Assembly: GCF_037042905.1 (NCBI RefSeq)
Contig: NC_087245.1
Coordinates: 38,070,001 to 38,134,000, forward strand
Source: Lytechinus pictus
Taxonomy: Eukaryota
Length of the DNA stretch: 64,000 nucleotides
Direction: 5' to 3'
A program made the translations under genes and the position numbers. Of this stretch, positions 51,208 to 64,000 are shown piece by piece (positions within the stretch are counted from its first letter, which is position 1; each line of letters begins with the position of its first letter). Below the pieces are notes generated by a model that was not told the DNA's origin, did no database searches, and saw nothing but the letters and a program-made list of their open reading frames with translations.

Positions 51208-51304
51208 CGGTAGGTCCATCATAGAATATGGAGAAGAAATTGACAGTGATCACTAAGCCGTACCAAATTGGCAACGATCTAAGACCAGGCTCGAGAGGCT
51301 CTTC
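51208..51304 (-). CDS. SLC20A: SLC20/PiT coding exon 5
   Basis: EEPLEPGLRSLPIWYGLVITVNFFSIFYDGPT. Confidence 0.92.
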
Positions 51305-52366
51305 CTGTAAATAATTGAAACATTGTCAGGAATACATTGCTTCAAACAACCACATCAGGGTGCCGTTTCATAAAGCTGTTCGTAAGTTGAGAGCAACTTT
51401 AAGAACGACTAGTGATCCTTTCTTGTGGTAATGGTATAATAAGTTGGTGATGGTTTAGCCCGTAAGAAAGGATCACCAGTCGTTCTTAAAGTCACTCCTA
51501 AATTACGAACAGCTTTATGAAACGGCCCCCGGAGCTAATTCAATTCAATTCAATTCAAAAATGGTCTTTATTGATAATCAAACATGTTAACAATCATACA
51601 TGAAAAAACAGCAAAAGCTGGAAATATCATGTTTACAAGTTGGTGTTGGCACATTATTAAGGCACAAGAGATTAAATCCCTCTTGCGTGCGAACGGGCTC
51701 TGAATGGGTTCTGAACGGGTTCTGAACGGGGATTAAAAGAGTAGACAATAGACCCCGTTCGCTCAAGTTCATTCACGTTCAGAATCCTACTAAAGGATTG
51801 AGCTGAGAAGAGCACTGATTTTCATTGTCTTCTCGCACAAAAGGGGTGTTCACTGAACGGGAAAACGAACGGTCGGATTATTAATGAATGAATACGTGCG
51901 AACGTTGGGATTAATTCAAGCCTTGATAGAGATTTCTTACTACAACGCTGGGCATTTCCCGAATAAAAAGGGATGATCAAACTTTGAGCGCTTCTTAAGT
52001 TGGACGAAAAAAACACGCGTCCTCGTATTTATTCATTGATAGTTTGAAAGTTGAAAGTTTATTATCAACCTTCCCCTTTTTAATTTCGCCGGGCGTATTT
52101 GTTCATTTATAAACATTTTGACATTCAATACAGATCGTTTGTCGAGAATTTTAAGACATTTCCCGTGTATGAAGGGATGTCCAAACTTTCCGCTTTTTGA
52201 TTTTGACGGACGTTATTTTTAAATTTATATTGAAAGTCAATAAATTAGACATTCGTTACAAATCGTCTAACAATGATTTTAAGACATTTCTCGAGTTAGA
52301 TGGGATGTCCAAAATTTGCGCTTTTTAATTTTGACGAACGTATTTCATTTAATTTAAAGTTGATAG

Positions 52367-53890
52367 TCAGACAACTTAACGATGTCGGTGCTATCTCTCC
52401 GACATCAGATCAGGCGCGGAGGTCGTCCGCTAGTTTATCCTTGACATTTTTCTTCCCGTGGTTTTCCTTTATATCAAACCCTGACATCGTTTACATGATC
52501 ATAAAGTAGGTTCTGACGTCAGATAACCTAACGATGTCGGCGCTTTCTCTCCCACATCAGATAAGGCGCGGAGATTGTCCGCTAGTTTATCCTTGACATT
52601 TTTCTTTTCATGGTCATCCTTTATTTCATACCCTGACATCGTTTACATGATCATAAAATAGGTTCAGACGTCGGAAAACTTAACGATGTCGGCGCTATCT
52701 CTCCGACATCAGATCAGGCGCGGAGGTCGTCCGCTAGTTTATTATTGACATTTTTCTTCCTGTAGTCATCCTTTATTTCATACCCTGACATCGTTTACAT
52801 GATCATAAAATAGGTTCTGACGTCAGACAACTTAACGATGTCATCGCTATCTCTTCGACATCAGATCAGGCGCGGAGGTCGTCCGCTAGTTTATCCTTGA
52901 CATTTTTCTTTCCATGGTCATCCTTTATTTCATACCCTGACATCGTTTACATGATCATAAAATAGGTTCAGACGTCGGACAACTTAACGATGTCGGTGCT
53001 ATCTCTCCGACATCAGATCAGGCGCGGAGGTCGTCCGCTAGTTTATCCTTGATATTTTTCTCCCCGTGGTTTTCCTTTATATCATACCCTGACATCGTTT
53101 ACATGATCATAAAATAGGTTCAGACGTCGGACAACTTAACGATGTCGGTGCTATCTCTCCGACATCAGATCAGGCGCGGAGGTCGTCCGCTAGTTTATCC
53201 TTGATATTTTTCTCCCCGTGGTTTTCCTTTATATCATACCCTGACATCGTTTACATGATCATAAAACAGGTTCTGACGTCAGACAACTTAACGATGTCGG
53301 CGCTATCTCTCCCACATCAGATAAGGCGCGGAGGTCGTCCGCGAGTTTATCCGTGATATTTTTCTTCCCGTGGTTATCCTTTATTTCATACCCTGACATC
53401 GTTTACATGATCATAAAATAGGTTCTGACGTCGGACAACTTAACGATGTCAACGCTATCTCTCCGACATCAGATCAGGCGCGGAGGTCGTCTGCTAGTTT
53501 ATCCTTGATATTTTTCTCCCCGTGGTTTTTCTTTATATCATACCCTGACATCGTTTACATGATCATAAAATAGATTCAGACGTCGGACAACTTAACGATG
53601 TCGGTGCTATCTCTCCGACATCAGATCAGGCGCGGAGGTCGTCCGCTAGTTTATCCTTGATATTTTTCTCCCCGTGGTTTTCCTTTATATCATACCCTGA
53701 CATCGTTTACATGATCATAAAACAGGTTCTGACGTCAGACAACTTAACGATGTCGGCGCTATCTCTCCCACATCAGATAAGGCGCGGAGGTCGTCCGCGA
53801 GTTTATCCTTGACATTTTTCTTCCCGTGGTCATCTTTTATTTCATACCCTGACATCGTTTACATGATCATGAAATAGGTTATGACGCAGA
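52367..53890 (+). repeat. 152-bp tandem satellite array, 10 units
   Basis: GATGTC anchor at 52381, 52533, 52685, 52837, 52989, 53141, 53293, 53445, 53597, 53749. Confidence 0.97.
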
Positions 53891-55532
53891 GAGCTTGACG
53901 ATTTCGGGGAAGGGGGGGGGGGGGCTTTGAGGCCGATATTCTCCTTCAATTTTAAAACTTTATTTCATATCGAGAAGCATCAAGAAGAAGAGATATGTGT
54001 ATATTGTGGGAGGATAGATAGTAAATCGCGCAATTATATCAATATGATTATTTCCTCCTTTAATTCAGAATTACGCTCATTGACAATCATCTTTGAATTT
54101 AATATCCTATACTGTTAAACCTCCATTTTTTATGTCGGAAAAAGCGAGAATCATATTTGGTTGGAAGATAATGATTATAATTTCACAATGCAAATTGCAT
54201 AATAAGCTCTGATGTCGTTAAAACATATAAGCCTCCGATGTCGGAGTAAGAATTTATCAATACAGCAATGTCGAATTTCAGGGGGTTTGGGGGAAATGGT
54301 TTCATTCAATAACGATCATATTATGAAAATCACAAGGAAAAAAAACATTGGTCACAATGATATGCCTATAATGGGTGATCATTATCTCCTACTCCCTCGT
54401 TATTTTCATGATCGTATACTTGTCATTATTGTGATCTATCATGCTCAAATATATTCGACCCCCCCCCCCCTACCCACTGGATTAGAAGTTCTGTTAATGC
54501 CTAAACAATTCTGACCCGAATCCGCGTCAAAGGAGATTTACGTTCGCTCAAACAATAACATACACTTTGAAGTCATTCATACCTTAAGAATCACTCCGGG
54601 GGTCAATCCCCGGCCGCGGCACCTATGCCCATCAGCAAGGCATTTAATCCGCAGTGTTCTTTAATCCTGCATTCAAATAAGGGGGGGGGGGGCGTCGCCT
54701 TTAGCAGTATGGTATTGTCCTAGTTTTTAAGTGTCAAGAATTTACAAGAGCAAAGTTTACTGCAAGATTAAACGTACATTATTATCGTTTAGAAGTTATT
54801 TTGCGACATTTATCGAGTCAGAAGGGATGTCTAAACTTTGATGCTATACCCGATATGAAATAAATGTTTAAAACTGAAGTATACTGTAGAAAACAACCTC
54901 AAAGCCCCCCCCCCCCCATCTCTCGCTCTTTCCTCTCCATCCATAGACCCCCCCCCCTCCCTCTCTCTCCCTCTCTCAAACTCCTCACTTTATTGGTGCC
55001 CAAATTTTTCTTATCACAGTTAAATATTTATAAACATTGCAGAAAACACGTGGTTTCATCATGGAAAAAGGTCAATCTCTCAGTTCATGTCAATCAAATC
55101 CAGTTGTGGATTGCGCAATAGAAAAACATCGTGTTGCAATCATTGAGCCTCGGTGTGCTATGTGTGAGAATAAATAATTTTGAAAGGTATAGGTGAAAAT
55201 CGTTAGAAGTATCAAATAACAATTTAAAACCTTTTAGGTCAATATTCATTTCATGGCGGAGCGGATAAAAATGAAGCAAATATTTGATGTTATTGGAAGA
55301 TATAAGGTGAACCCGGAAGGTGAATTATATTGATATGATTATGTCCATCTCGAAATTCTTAAAAATTATGCTCATTGACGATCATCTGAGTTTAGTATTC
55401 TAAACTGAAATCCAATATAGGGATGAGTTTGAGAATAGGAGAGTGGGAGGAAAGTCAATAGTTGGAGAGATAGAACAAGAGAAAGATATATATATAGAGA
55501 GAGCTAGAGAGGGTGGGGGGGGGGGGGGTAGC

Positions 55533-56645
55533 GACTTCTGCGCCTGATGTCGTAGAGATAGCCGACATCGTTAAGTTTTCTTACGTCAGAACCTATTTAA
55601 CGATCATGTAAATAATGTCAGAGTATGAAGTAAATGATGACCACGGGAAGAAAAATGTCAAGGATGAACTAGCAGACGACCTCCGCGCCTGATCCGATGT
55701 CGTAGAGATAGCGCCGACATCGTGAAGTTTTCTGACGTCAAAATCCATTTTATGATCATGTAAACGATGTTAGGCTGTGAAATAAAGGATGACCACGGGA
55801 AAAAAATGTCAAGGACAAAATAGCGGACGACCTCCGCGCCTGATCCGATGTCGTAGAGATAGCGCCGACAGCGTGAAGTTTTCTGACGTCAGAACCTATT
55901 TAACGATCATGTAAATAATGTCAGAGTATGAAATAAATGATGACCACGGGAAGAAAAATGTCAAGTATGAAATAGTGGACGACCTCCGCGCCTGATCCGA
56001 TGTCGTAGAGATAGCGCCGACATCGTGAAGTTTTCTGACGTCAGAATCCATTTTATGATCATGTAAACGATGTTAGGGTGTAAAATAAATGATTACCACG
56101 GGGAAAAAATGTCAAGTATAAAATAGTGGACGACCTCCGGGCCTGATCCGATGTCGTAGAGATAGCGCCAACATCGTGAAGTTCTCTGACGTCAGAACAT
56201 ATTTAACGATCATGTAAACGATGTTAGGGTGTGAAATAAAGGATGACCACGGGAAAAAAATGTCAAGGACAAAATAGCGGACGACCTCCGCGCCTGATCC
56301 GATGTCGTAGAGATAGCGCCGACAGCGTGAAGTTTTCTGACGTCAAAATCTATTTTATGATCATGTAAATAATGTCAGAGTATGAAATAAATGATGACCA
56401 TGGAAGATAAATGTTAATGATAATTTAATAGACGACTTCCGCACCCAACCTGATGTTGGAGAGATAGCGTTGACGATCGTTAAGTTATCTGACGTCAGAA
56501 CATATTTATGATCATATAAACGATGTCAGGGTATGAAATAAAGGATGGCCACGGGAAGAAAAATGTAAAGGATAAACTAGCGGACGACTTCCGCGCTTGA
56601 TCTGATGTCGAAGAGATAGCGCCGACATCGTTAAGTTCTCTGACA
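55533..56645 (-). repeat. 151-152-bp tandem array, about 7.3 units, inverted relative to 52367-53890
   Basis: Reverse-complement units with anchors at 55564, 55716, 55867, 56019, 56170, 56321, 56472, 56624. Confidence 0.97.
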
Positions 56646-58728
56646 ATTAACTTTTAATCAAATGAAATACGTTCGTCAAAATTAAAAAGCGCAAAGTTTG
56701 AACACCCCTTCTGACTCGAGAAATGTCTTTAAATCATTGTTAGACGATTTGTAACGAATCTCTAATTTATTGACTTTCAATATAAATGAAATATATATAC
56801 ATGTATATATATATATATCGTCCGTCAAAATTAAAAAGCGCAAAGTTTGGACATCCCTTCACACACGGGAAATTTCTTATCATGAGCGCAAAACATCTGT
56901 ACTTGATCACCTTTTAATATAAATGAAGAAATACGTCCGTCAGAATTAAAATGCGGGAGGTTTTGACTCAGGATATTTCTTAAAATGATCGCCAAACGAT
57001 CTGCATTGAATCTCAAATCCATACATCGGCAAATTGTTTTTTTTGTTGGTCACATTGATCACTTGGGGAAAATCCCCCTGGACCCGGCTGTAGCTGTTTC
57101 TAGCTGAGCAGAACCATTCCGTTCTGAACGGAGTACTTAAGCGCTTTCTATTGACTCCTTTGTTATTAGTAATCCTTGCGTTCGGAGGTATCCTGAACGG
57201 AGTACTTCAGCGCTTTCTATTGACTTCTTTGTTAAAAGTAATCCTTGCGTTCGGGTGTATGCAGGGGGCACTACGAGCGCATTCGTGATGGGGATTAGCA
57301 AGACAATAGAGCGTTCCGAACGCGCGCGAACTTAAGTGATATTAAATCTCTTGTGCCTAAATACATAGTAAAAACCACAGTAAAATACATTCAAAAGGCT
57401 ATACATTCAAAAGTTAATACAATTTAAATAAAGCATAAAAGGCAATGAATGAATGAATGAATGAATACAATATGATAATGGCAGACTTGAAGGAGAGGAG
57501 ACTGACACTTATTTAAATGACAAAAATAATTGTATGGTGGGGTGGGGATGACCATTTTGCATTGCATTTCCTAGTCGACACACTCATCTTGCTTGGGTTT
57601 GATCACTATTGCAATCATATTTATATTCAATTAACATGAGGTAAATGATTGCATATCACTAAAATACATCAATCAAGGACGTAAGTTTTGTGATTAATGA
57701 CATATGTTTCCCCTACAAGCCTAACATAACTATTTTTAAATTTACAGGAAATGTCTAATTTAGATGACTAAAATATATATATACACTATGCTGATATTGG
57801 TACAATATAGCACCATGATCAATATAATTCAAATTGATTTTTTTGTTCCTTTCATTGATATTATAAAATTTTGATCCATGATAATTTTTGAGCCTGTAAT
57901 GTCTTCCATAAAAAGAACACATGATCTTCTAATAGACTTGGTGAAATCAGAAAATTTTCTGAAATATGTAATGGGGAAATTGGTCATGTGTGATACCACA
58001 CATCTTGGTTGCATTGGATCTTAACATTAAAAGATTGTGACTTTTTTATTCATCTATTCACTTTCTCTCAAACTTTCATTGATCTGTTAGTTTTATTTTC
58101 TTTTTCATTATACAATTATTTTTGTGCCCTTTTCTATTTTTGCTGTTGATATGTGACCATCCACCCGAAAACCAATGATTAGTTGCCCAAAATGATTTCT
58201 TAGAGTTTATTGAGTGTGAAAAGGCACATTCTTAGCTTCAAAATGATGAAAATAAGTCGTCAAAATTGATCAACAATACACAAGTACTTGGTTCAATGTA
58301 GAAAAAACGAAGGGGGAACTTCATAAAATAAGGAGAACCAGTGTTTGAATTTTGGGTTCACTCAAGCATGAGATGTGCACACTGCAATTTCAATGAAACT
58401 TCCAAGCAGTCTGCAAAAACTTTTGTCAAAGAAACTCTGGTATCTTGCTTTCTATTCAACTTTACACACAACTTCAAATTTTGAGAGTAGAAAGAATTAC
58501 TCTTTCAAATAAGCTTATTTTTGGCTTTTTTAAGAAAAAAATATATATATGCTATTACAGAGAACCTTACCTGTTGACTTATTGGTGGTTTTGGACATAT
58601 AGAAAAGTGACTTAGGCCTAGAAAAATATCAAAATCTGAAGGGCTATTGCACATATGAACAAGGTATCCCCCTGTAAAAAGGGTAATCTCACTTTCTACC
58701 TTACACTGGTTATAAAAACTTCTCTTAC

Positions 58729-58814
58729 TTTTCTTAGGATGAAATGCCTCAAGATGATGAAAATAACTGAAGAAAAAAGGCCAGATAAGACTGGAGAAGT
58801 CACCCAGGATAAAA
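58729..58814 (-). CDS. SLC20A: SLC20/PiT coding exon 4
   Basis: VLSWVTSPVLSGLFSSVIFIILRHFILRK. Confidence 0.92.
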
Positions 58815-58958
58815 CTGTTTAGGAAAAAAAATGTATTGAAAAGCAATACACAGGTAATGAAATAATTGTAAAGCGAGATACAATATACATATAATGAAAT
58901 AGCAAGTGGTGAATAAAGGTTAAAAAAAATAGTAATTGAGACGCGAAATGGGATGAAT

Positions 58959-59253
58959 GGGGGCATCATGATCTAGTGGTTTACTCTCATCTTTCAATCT
59001 GAGGGACATGGGTTCGATTCCAAGCCATGGCGTGTTTTCCTTCAGCAAAAATTTATCCACATTGTGCAGCACTCAACCCAGGCGAGGTGAATGGGTACCT
59101 GGTAGGAATTTATTCCTTGAAATGCAGCGCACGTAACTGACAGCTGCTCTGCTATTAAAAGCCAAGGTAATTATGCTGCATTTCTGTAGAGTGCTTAGAG
59201 AATTCTGATAAAGTGTCATATGCGATATAAGCAAGTATGATTATTATCATTAT
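58959..59253 (+). mobile_element. tRNA-derived SINE
   Basis: B box GGTTCGATTCC and central CACTCAACCCAGGCGAGGTGAATGGGTACC shared with the 8186 SINE. Confidence 0.8.
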
Positions 59254-59834
59254 TACATTAATATAATGAATTTTTAATGAATTGATACAGTATAATTGCC
59301 ATGGATATGCAAGGCTATGGAAGAAATATCATGAAGCCAGCATTCCATAGAAGTGTGGTTTAAAATTCTAGTTTAGACTGGAGCTAAACTTAGGTTTAAT
59401 TATCATAATACCACCCATACCAATTACGTTTTTCAGCTCCTTCACAAAGTGTGAGCACTCAAGTTGTAATATATATATATATAAAAAAAAGCATGACATC
59501 TATAGCTTGAATGGATGGACCACTTCACAGTTCTTTTTCAAAAGATAATTGAAATATGCTTTTCAAAAGTGAACATATGGCTCATAGAGAATTATGAATA
59601 GAGTGATGATATGCTGGCAGTGCAAAATGTATATGGTCATCAGGATTTAAGAATTTCATATGGACAGCTGGGGCAAATATACGGGGGGGGGGGTAGCATT
59701 TAGTTGGAATCCTCAAGTTTGATAGTTTGATGTAAGAACCCAACAGCAACCCCCCCCCCCCCCCCCTCCCGACCCCAGAAAAATAAAACCATTCTGGTGC
59801 ACATGAAAAAGAATATATTGTAAAGCATACATAC

Positions 59835-59975
59835 CTATCAAGCCAACCTGTAGCCATTGAATGCCTTTGACTCCAAAAACAACAAAATGGAAACCCAAAG
59901 TAGCTCCCACAATGCTATGCGTGGTCGAGACTGGCATTTTAAAAGCTGTCGCTACAAAAAGCCATACGGCACATC
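59835..59975 (-). CDS. SLC20A: SLC20/PiT coding exon 3
   Basis: [29 protein letters not shown]. Confidence 0.95.
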
Positions 59976-60534
59976 CTAAAATAGAAGATATAAAAAATGA
60001 AAATATCCATCATTTTCTGTTTTTCAGGAATAAAAACAGAAGTACATATAAATTAAATAGAATGATGCAACTTTGTATCTTAATCTGTAGGTTGGTTTTT
60101 TTCATTTAAAGTTTAAGACAAAAGAATATTGACATTATTGAGTATCTATTAAACCAAGTGGGTGAGTTATGATATGAAAGAAAAGAGGAAATACAGAGCT
60201 GCCTTGTTTTTTAAGTTACAAAATAATGAATAAACAACAATGCAGGCAAGACAATAAACTAATAATTAATATTTAACAATTATGTAATAATAGTTACATT
60301 TATATCTAGCGCTTTTATAACACATTATTTGTCTTTATAAAGTGATTTACATTGCAAACATTACTACCCTGGACAGTAGACATCGAATTACAATGTATGC
60401 ACTTACTCCATCCCCCCCCCCCGCTTGTATTACAAAAAATGAATAAAATATGTTTTTGGCATTGACTCAATCAATGTGACCTGAAATTTTCTGAATACTT
60501 AATTTAAACATCATGAAAGTAGTACAGCTCTCAC

Positions 60535-60703
60535 CTGCTAGCGCTGATATTTCCCCAAGAACCAATGTTTCTTCCCGTCCCGCATACAGCTCTACATCAA
60601 ATATCCCTTTCTGAATAGTTTCAGCGACCTTTGACCCCATCAGTACGGCACCAAGCGTCTCAAAGATAGTTGCCAGGAACAGGGCTTGACGTAGCGTTAA
60701 CAC
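60535..60703 (-). CDS. SLC20A: SLC20/PiT coding exon 2
   Basis: [36 protein letters not shown]. Confidence 0.95.
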
Positions 60704-61750
60704 CTGGATTCAACCGAATAAACGTAAAGAGGTACAAACAATCCATTTAATTACAGGGGCTGAGGGGGCAGCCCCACTAGTTTGCTTTGCAACGGGAAAC
60801 CTTTCATTGAGGAAAGAGGTCTATATATTCAGCCTAAAGGGGCAACTGCCCACCCCCTATGATTTTCAAAAAGTAATAAAAAAATGAGAAAGAGGAAGAA
60901 ACAAGAAACAAAAGAGTATAAATATAAAGAGGTCTCAGCCATGCAAATCTACAATGCCCTTCTGTATAATTGAGACAAAATATAACATCAAATTAAGGTT
61001 GTCTTTATCCCCTAGCTCTAAAAATATCCTGGCGCTTATATAAGAACATGATCCAGTCATGAGTTACTTTAAATACAGCTTTATGAAACACTGCTGGTGG
61101 GTGTTTCATAAAGCTGTTCGTAAGATAAGAGCGACTTTAAGAACGACTGGTGATCCTTTCTTATGGCGAATGGTATTCATTAGCGATGGTTTTGCGCGTA
61201 AGAAAGGATCACCAGTCGTTCTTAAAGTCGCTCTTAACTTACGAACAGCTTAATGAAACACCCACCTGGTTTCTTTTAAATGCCACCTCCCCATCCCCAC
61301 AAAATGAGACGGCCATTACAGGCAAAAAAAAAAAAATATTTTTAGGGCTACTTTTCACAACTGATTACCTAAATCTGCACATTGGTTTAGTTTTAACACT
61401 GCAGTGAATGGAGAATTTCAGAGGCTTATTTTTCAGGGCTCTTTTGGGCATTCCAGGGGCCCCCAAGTCCCTGTGTAATTTCTCCCCTGGGCCATTAGAA
61501 TATATATGTTTGTTATTTTTAAACTAAAACCTTTCACAAATAAGCATTAACTTAATTTGTTTAATAATAATAATAATACACAGTTCTTGTATAGCGCATA
61601 TCACATTATGAATAATGTCTATGCGCTTCCAAAGGACTTGGATATTAAATAGATTTTAACCAATTACATCATATCCCATATTTGGGTCTCCTTCCCTCCC
61701 CCCCCAATATCCTGTCCCAACCCCCTGGTACATATCATATTCACACTGAC

Positions 61751-61921
61751 CTTTGCCCCTACCGACGTTCCAAACGAGTTGGCCACATCGTTAGCACCGA
61801 TGGCGACAGACAAGATAAAGGAGATAACAAAACCAAGGACGACCATCCACAGTATGTCTGATAGAGGCAAAGGAATGTTGGTCGAGGGTAATCCCGTTGC
61901 TAAGGTGGATAATGTCTCCAT
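61751..61921 (-). CDS. SLC20A: SLC20/PiT coding exon 1
   Basis: METLST...[34 protein letters not shown] (GANDVAN signature); acceptor at 61975-61976 implies an upstream non-coding exon. Confidence 0.93.
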
Positions 61922-62518
61922 TGTAGATCAATTCTCAGCTCTGCTGTATACATCTATTTACAACTTGTTGTCACCTAAAGAATAAAGTGATTCAATTAAG
62001 AATTTCAAATGATAATACTATCAACTGCAAGTAGATAATATAGTTTCTAAAATCTAAGGTCTCTAGAATCTGTATTTCTCTAGAGCAGGCCACACTCCAA
62101 CAAGAATTTCCCCAAAATCTAAGCTTACTGAGACTTTGCCAGATACAGTACTGCATTACTCAAGTACAGTGTAGATCTTTTAAAGCCAAGTTCGAGTTCT
62201 GGCATGGAAATCTAATTTCGATAGGAAATGGTTGGAGCAATCCTTAAGTGTTTATGATTTATCAATATCATAATCCAAATTGTTTATTTAGAACAACAAA
62301 GTTTGTAGGCCTAAATTCATGCACTTTAAAGGAAAGATATTTATATCCTTCCTTTATTGTGATCCCAATTAATCAAATCAAAATAATTCAGGCTTGTTTG
62401 AAATTATAATACGGTAATTTCAGTTCCTGGTGCAGCTAACATGGAAACAACAAATTTGGGGAATTGGGCGACGTGATTACACATGCAGGCTTGCACTAAC
62501 ACACTACTCACTACAGTA

Positions 62519-62995
62519 TAGTGAGTGATTGTATTACCGACCGGCCTTGTATTACCGAACGCGCGCATCATACGCATCAGAAAATAATTTCATACGCTCA
62601 AAATTTTGCAACATCCTTCCAAAGAGAACTTGAATAGAAAGATGATGAAAAATTGTAAAAAACACATTTTCAAAGTCTTAATATTCTAAAAATAATAAAA
62701 TATGGTCAAAATAGCTCATCAGTGATTTTGTTGTTTTCTCAACTTTTCCCATAGAAAACACACGTTCGGTAATACGATACCTTTTTCAAGTGACCAAAAT
62801 ATTTCACATGCGAAGAGGGGTCCGATTGGAAGCTAATATCGTAAAAAGGAAAAACGATTTCGGCAAGATTTTTACATATTTATATTTTGTAGGTAATTGT
62901 GTATTTATGGTGAAAGTTTGGTGAATTTTATGAGAATAATGTGTTTGATATGATTGAATTCATGAAAAGTGTTTGGTAATACGATCCACTACCAT
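62519..62995. mobile_element. MITE with GTATTACC subterminal repeats
   Basis: Imperfect TIR ..GATTGTATTACC / GGTAATACGATC..; no clear TSD. Confidence 0.5.
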
Positions 62996-63112
62996 ACCAT
63001 GACTACCGTCGGTGAATGGGGATTATAGTAAAATGTCAGAAATTGTTTAATAAATCCCCAGAAACAACGGTTATTCCTGTCTAACGTTAGTCTGCATCAA
63101 GCTCATTATAAT

Positions 63113-63572
63113 TAGACCAAAAGCTTCGGTCTCTGTTATGTTGGTTGTTCAGCTGAACTCCGTTGGCTTCACTCACCAAATACAGAGACCGAAGTTCTAG
63201 CGCGATCTGTACAGGGGACTCAATGGCCATATGTTTATGTACTAAGTTCGGATAAAACAGGGAGGTGAAGTTGCGCGACAGCCAAGGTAAGTCACTGTTT
63301 TTGTTCCTTTTAACTTGATTTTTTCCCCGTTTTTTGGCAATTAATACCAAGAGGGAATATTAATTTGCATTTCGGTCGCATTAATTTTCAAAAGTTTTAT
63401 TCATTACAGAATAAAGACAAAAATTGAAGAGCCCCGATGGGGAGATTTTGCATTGTAAGTCCCCTGATGGTGGCTGCACGATAGCGAGCCGTCTGTGTAC
63501 GAGGAGAAATTTAAAAAAAATTAAAATTAAAATTAAAAAAAACTCTCGAAACAGACTGCTGCCAGCTGTCTA
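63113..63572. mobile_element. Non-autonomous TAG...CTA element with 8-bp TSD
   Basis: TAGAC...GTCTA ends, ATTATAAT on both flanks; high identity to 36076-36516. Confidence 0.8.
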
Positions 63573-63746
63573 ATTATAATATGCAAATCAACTCTGGTCA
63601 ATATCACTTGGATGAACTAAGCTCCTTTTTGAGGATCTGCCTATCCACTGATTCAAGTCAGATTCGTCCTTCGAGGACACTTTTAAAGGACTATAATAAC
63701 CTCCCCTTTTCTAAAACAGCCCTTCCGCTTCCCGGACCCTGGGGCC

Positions 63747-63910
63747 ACTAGCGTACCTACTGGGGGGCAGGGGGGGCACTCTGCCCCCCCTGACGAGTCA
63801 CAACCCATGCAAAAACGTATCTTTGCCCCCCCTGACGGGCTTGAAAAACCTTTTTTGCCCCCCCTGACGAGCTTTAAGACATCTAATGCCCCCTGACGAG
63901 CTTGAAGACC
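63747..63910 (+). repeat. Element start with short GCCCCCCTGACGAG subrepeats
   Basis: Four CCCCTGACG(A/G)G units; element runs out of the window. Confidence 0.5.
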
Positions 63911-64000
63911 TTTTTTTTTTTTTTTTGCTTGTCAATTTTTTTTCTGGTACGAAATCCTTTATTTGTGATCGAAGCCCTTTTTTTTTTTTTTTTTTTTTTT

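Larger units (their letters stand above)
51661..57357. mobile_element. 5.7-kb non-autonomous foldback element, PIF/Harbinger-like ends
   Basis: TIR GGCACAAGAGATT / AATCTCTTGTGCC, TAA on both flanks; long internal inverted arms; no transposase ORF. Confidence 0.8.

Noticed and set aside
52367..56645. Regular repeats as a CRISPR array
   Set aside because: Units repeat over their full length with no unique spacers; eukaryotic intron context; no cas genes
58505..58969. 154-aa hydrophobic ORF
   Set aside because: AT-rich intronic frame overlapping SLC20 exon 4 in a different frame

Overview
AT-rich eukaryotic genomic DNA with spliceosomal GT-AG introns and dense transposon content; the repeat families look like those of a marine invertebrate, plausibly a sea urchin (inference). 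Three host genes: (1) the last coding exon of a lipid droplet-associated hydrolase (LDAH-like, + strand, 2189-2521); (2) a complete 12-coding-exon Elongin A gene (- strand, 14552-37705, about 914 aa); (3) a complete 9-coding-exon SLC20/PiT phosphate transporter CDS (- strand, 45852-61921, about 517 aa). Introns and intergenic DNA contain an intact DD34E Tc1 transposon, a rearranged Hero/NeSL-type RLE non-LTR retrotransposon fragment, RTE and L1/Tx1 relics, tRNA-derived SINEs, Helentron-type non-autonomous elements and many nested MITEs. Most notable: a hammerhead-like RNA motif with non-canonical strand order in the 3' UTR of the RLE retrotransposon (259-332, -); a 5.7-kb TAA-flanked foldback element carrying two inverted 152-bp satellite arrays (51661-57357); several TIR families with 6-bp target duplications; and tandem amplification of an SLC20 exon/donor junction. 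Exon models and superfamily calls were made by eye without alignment tools.
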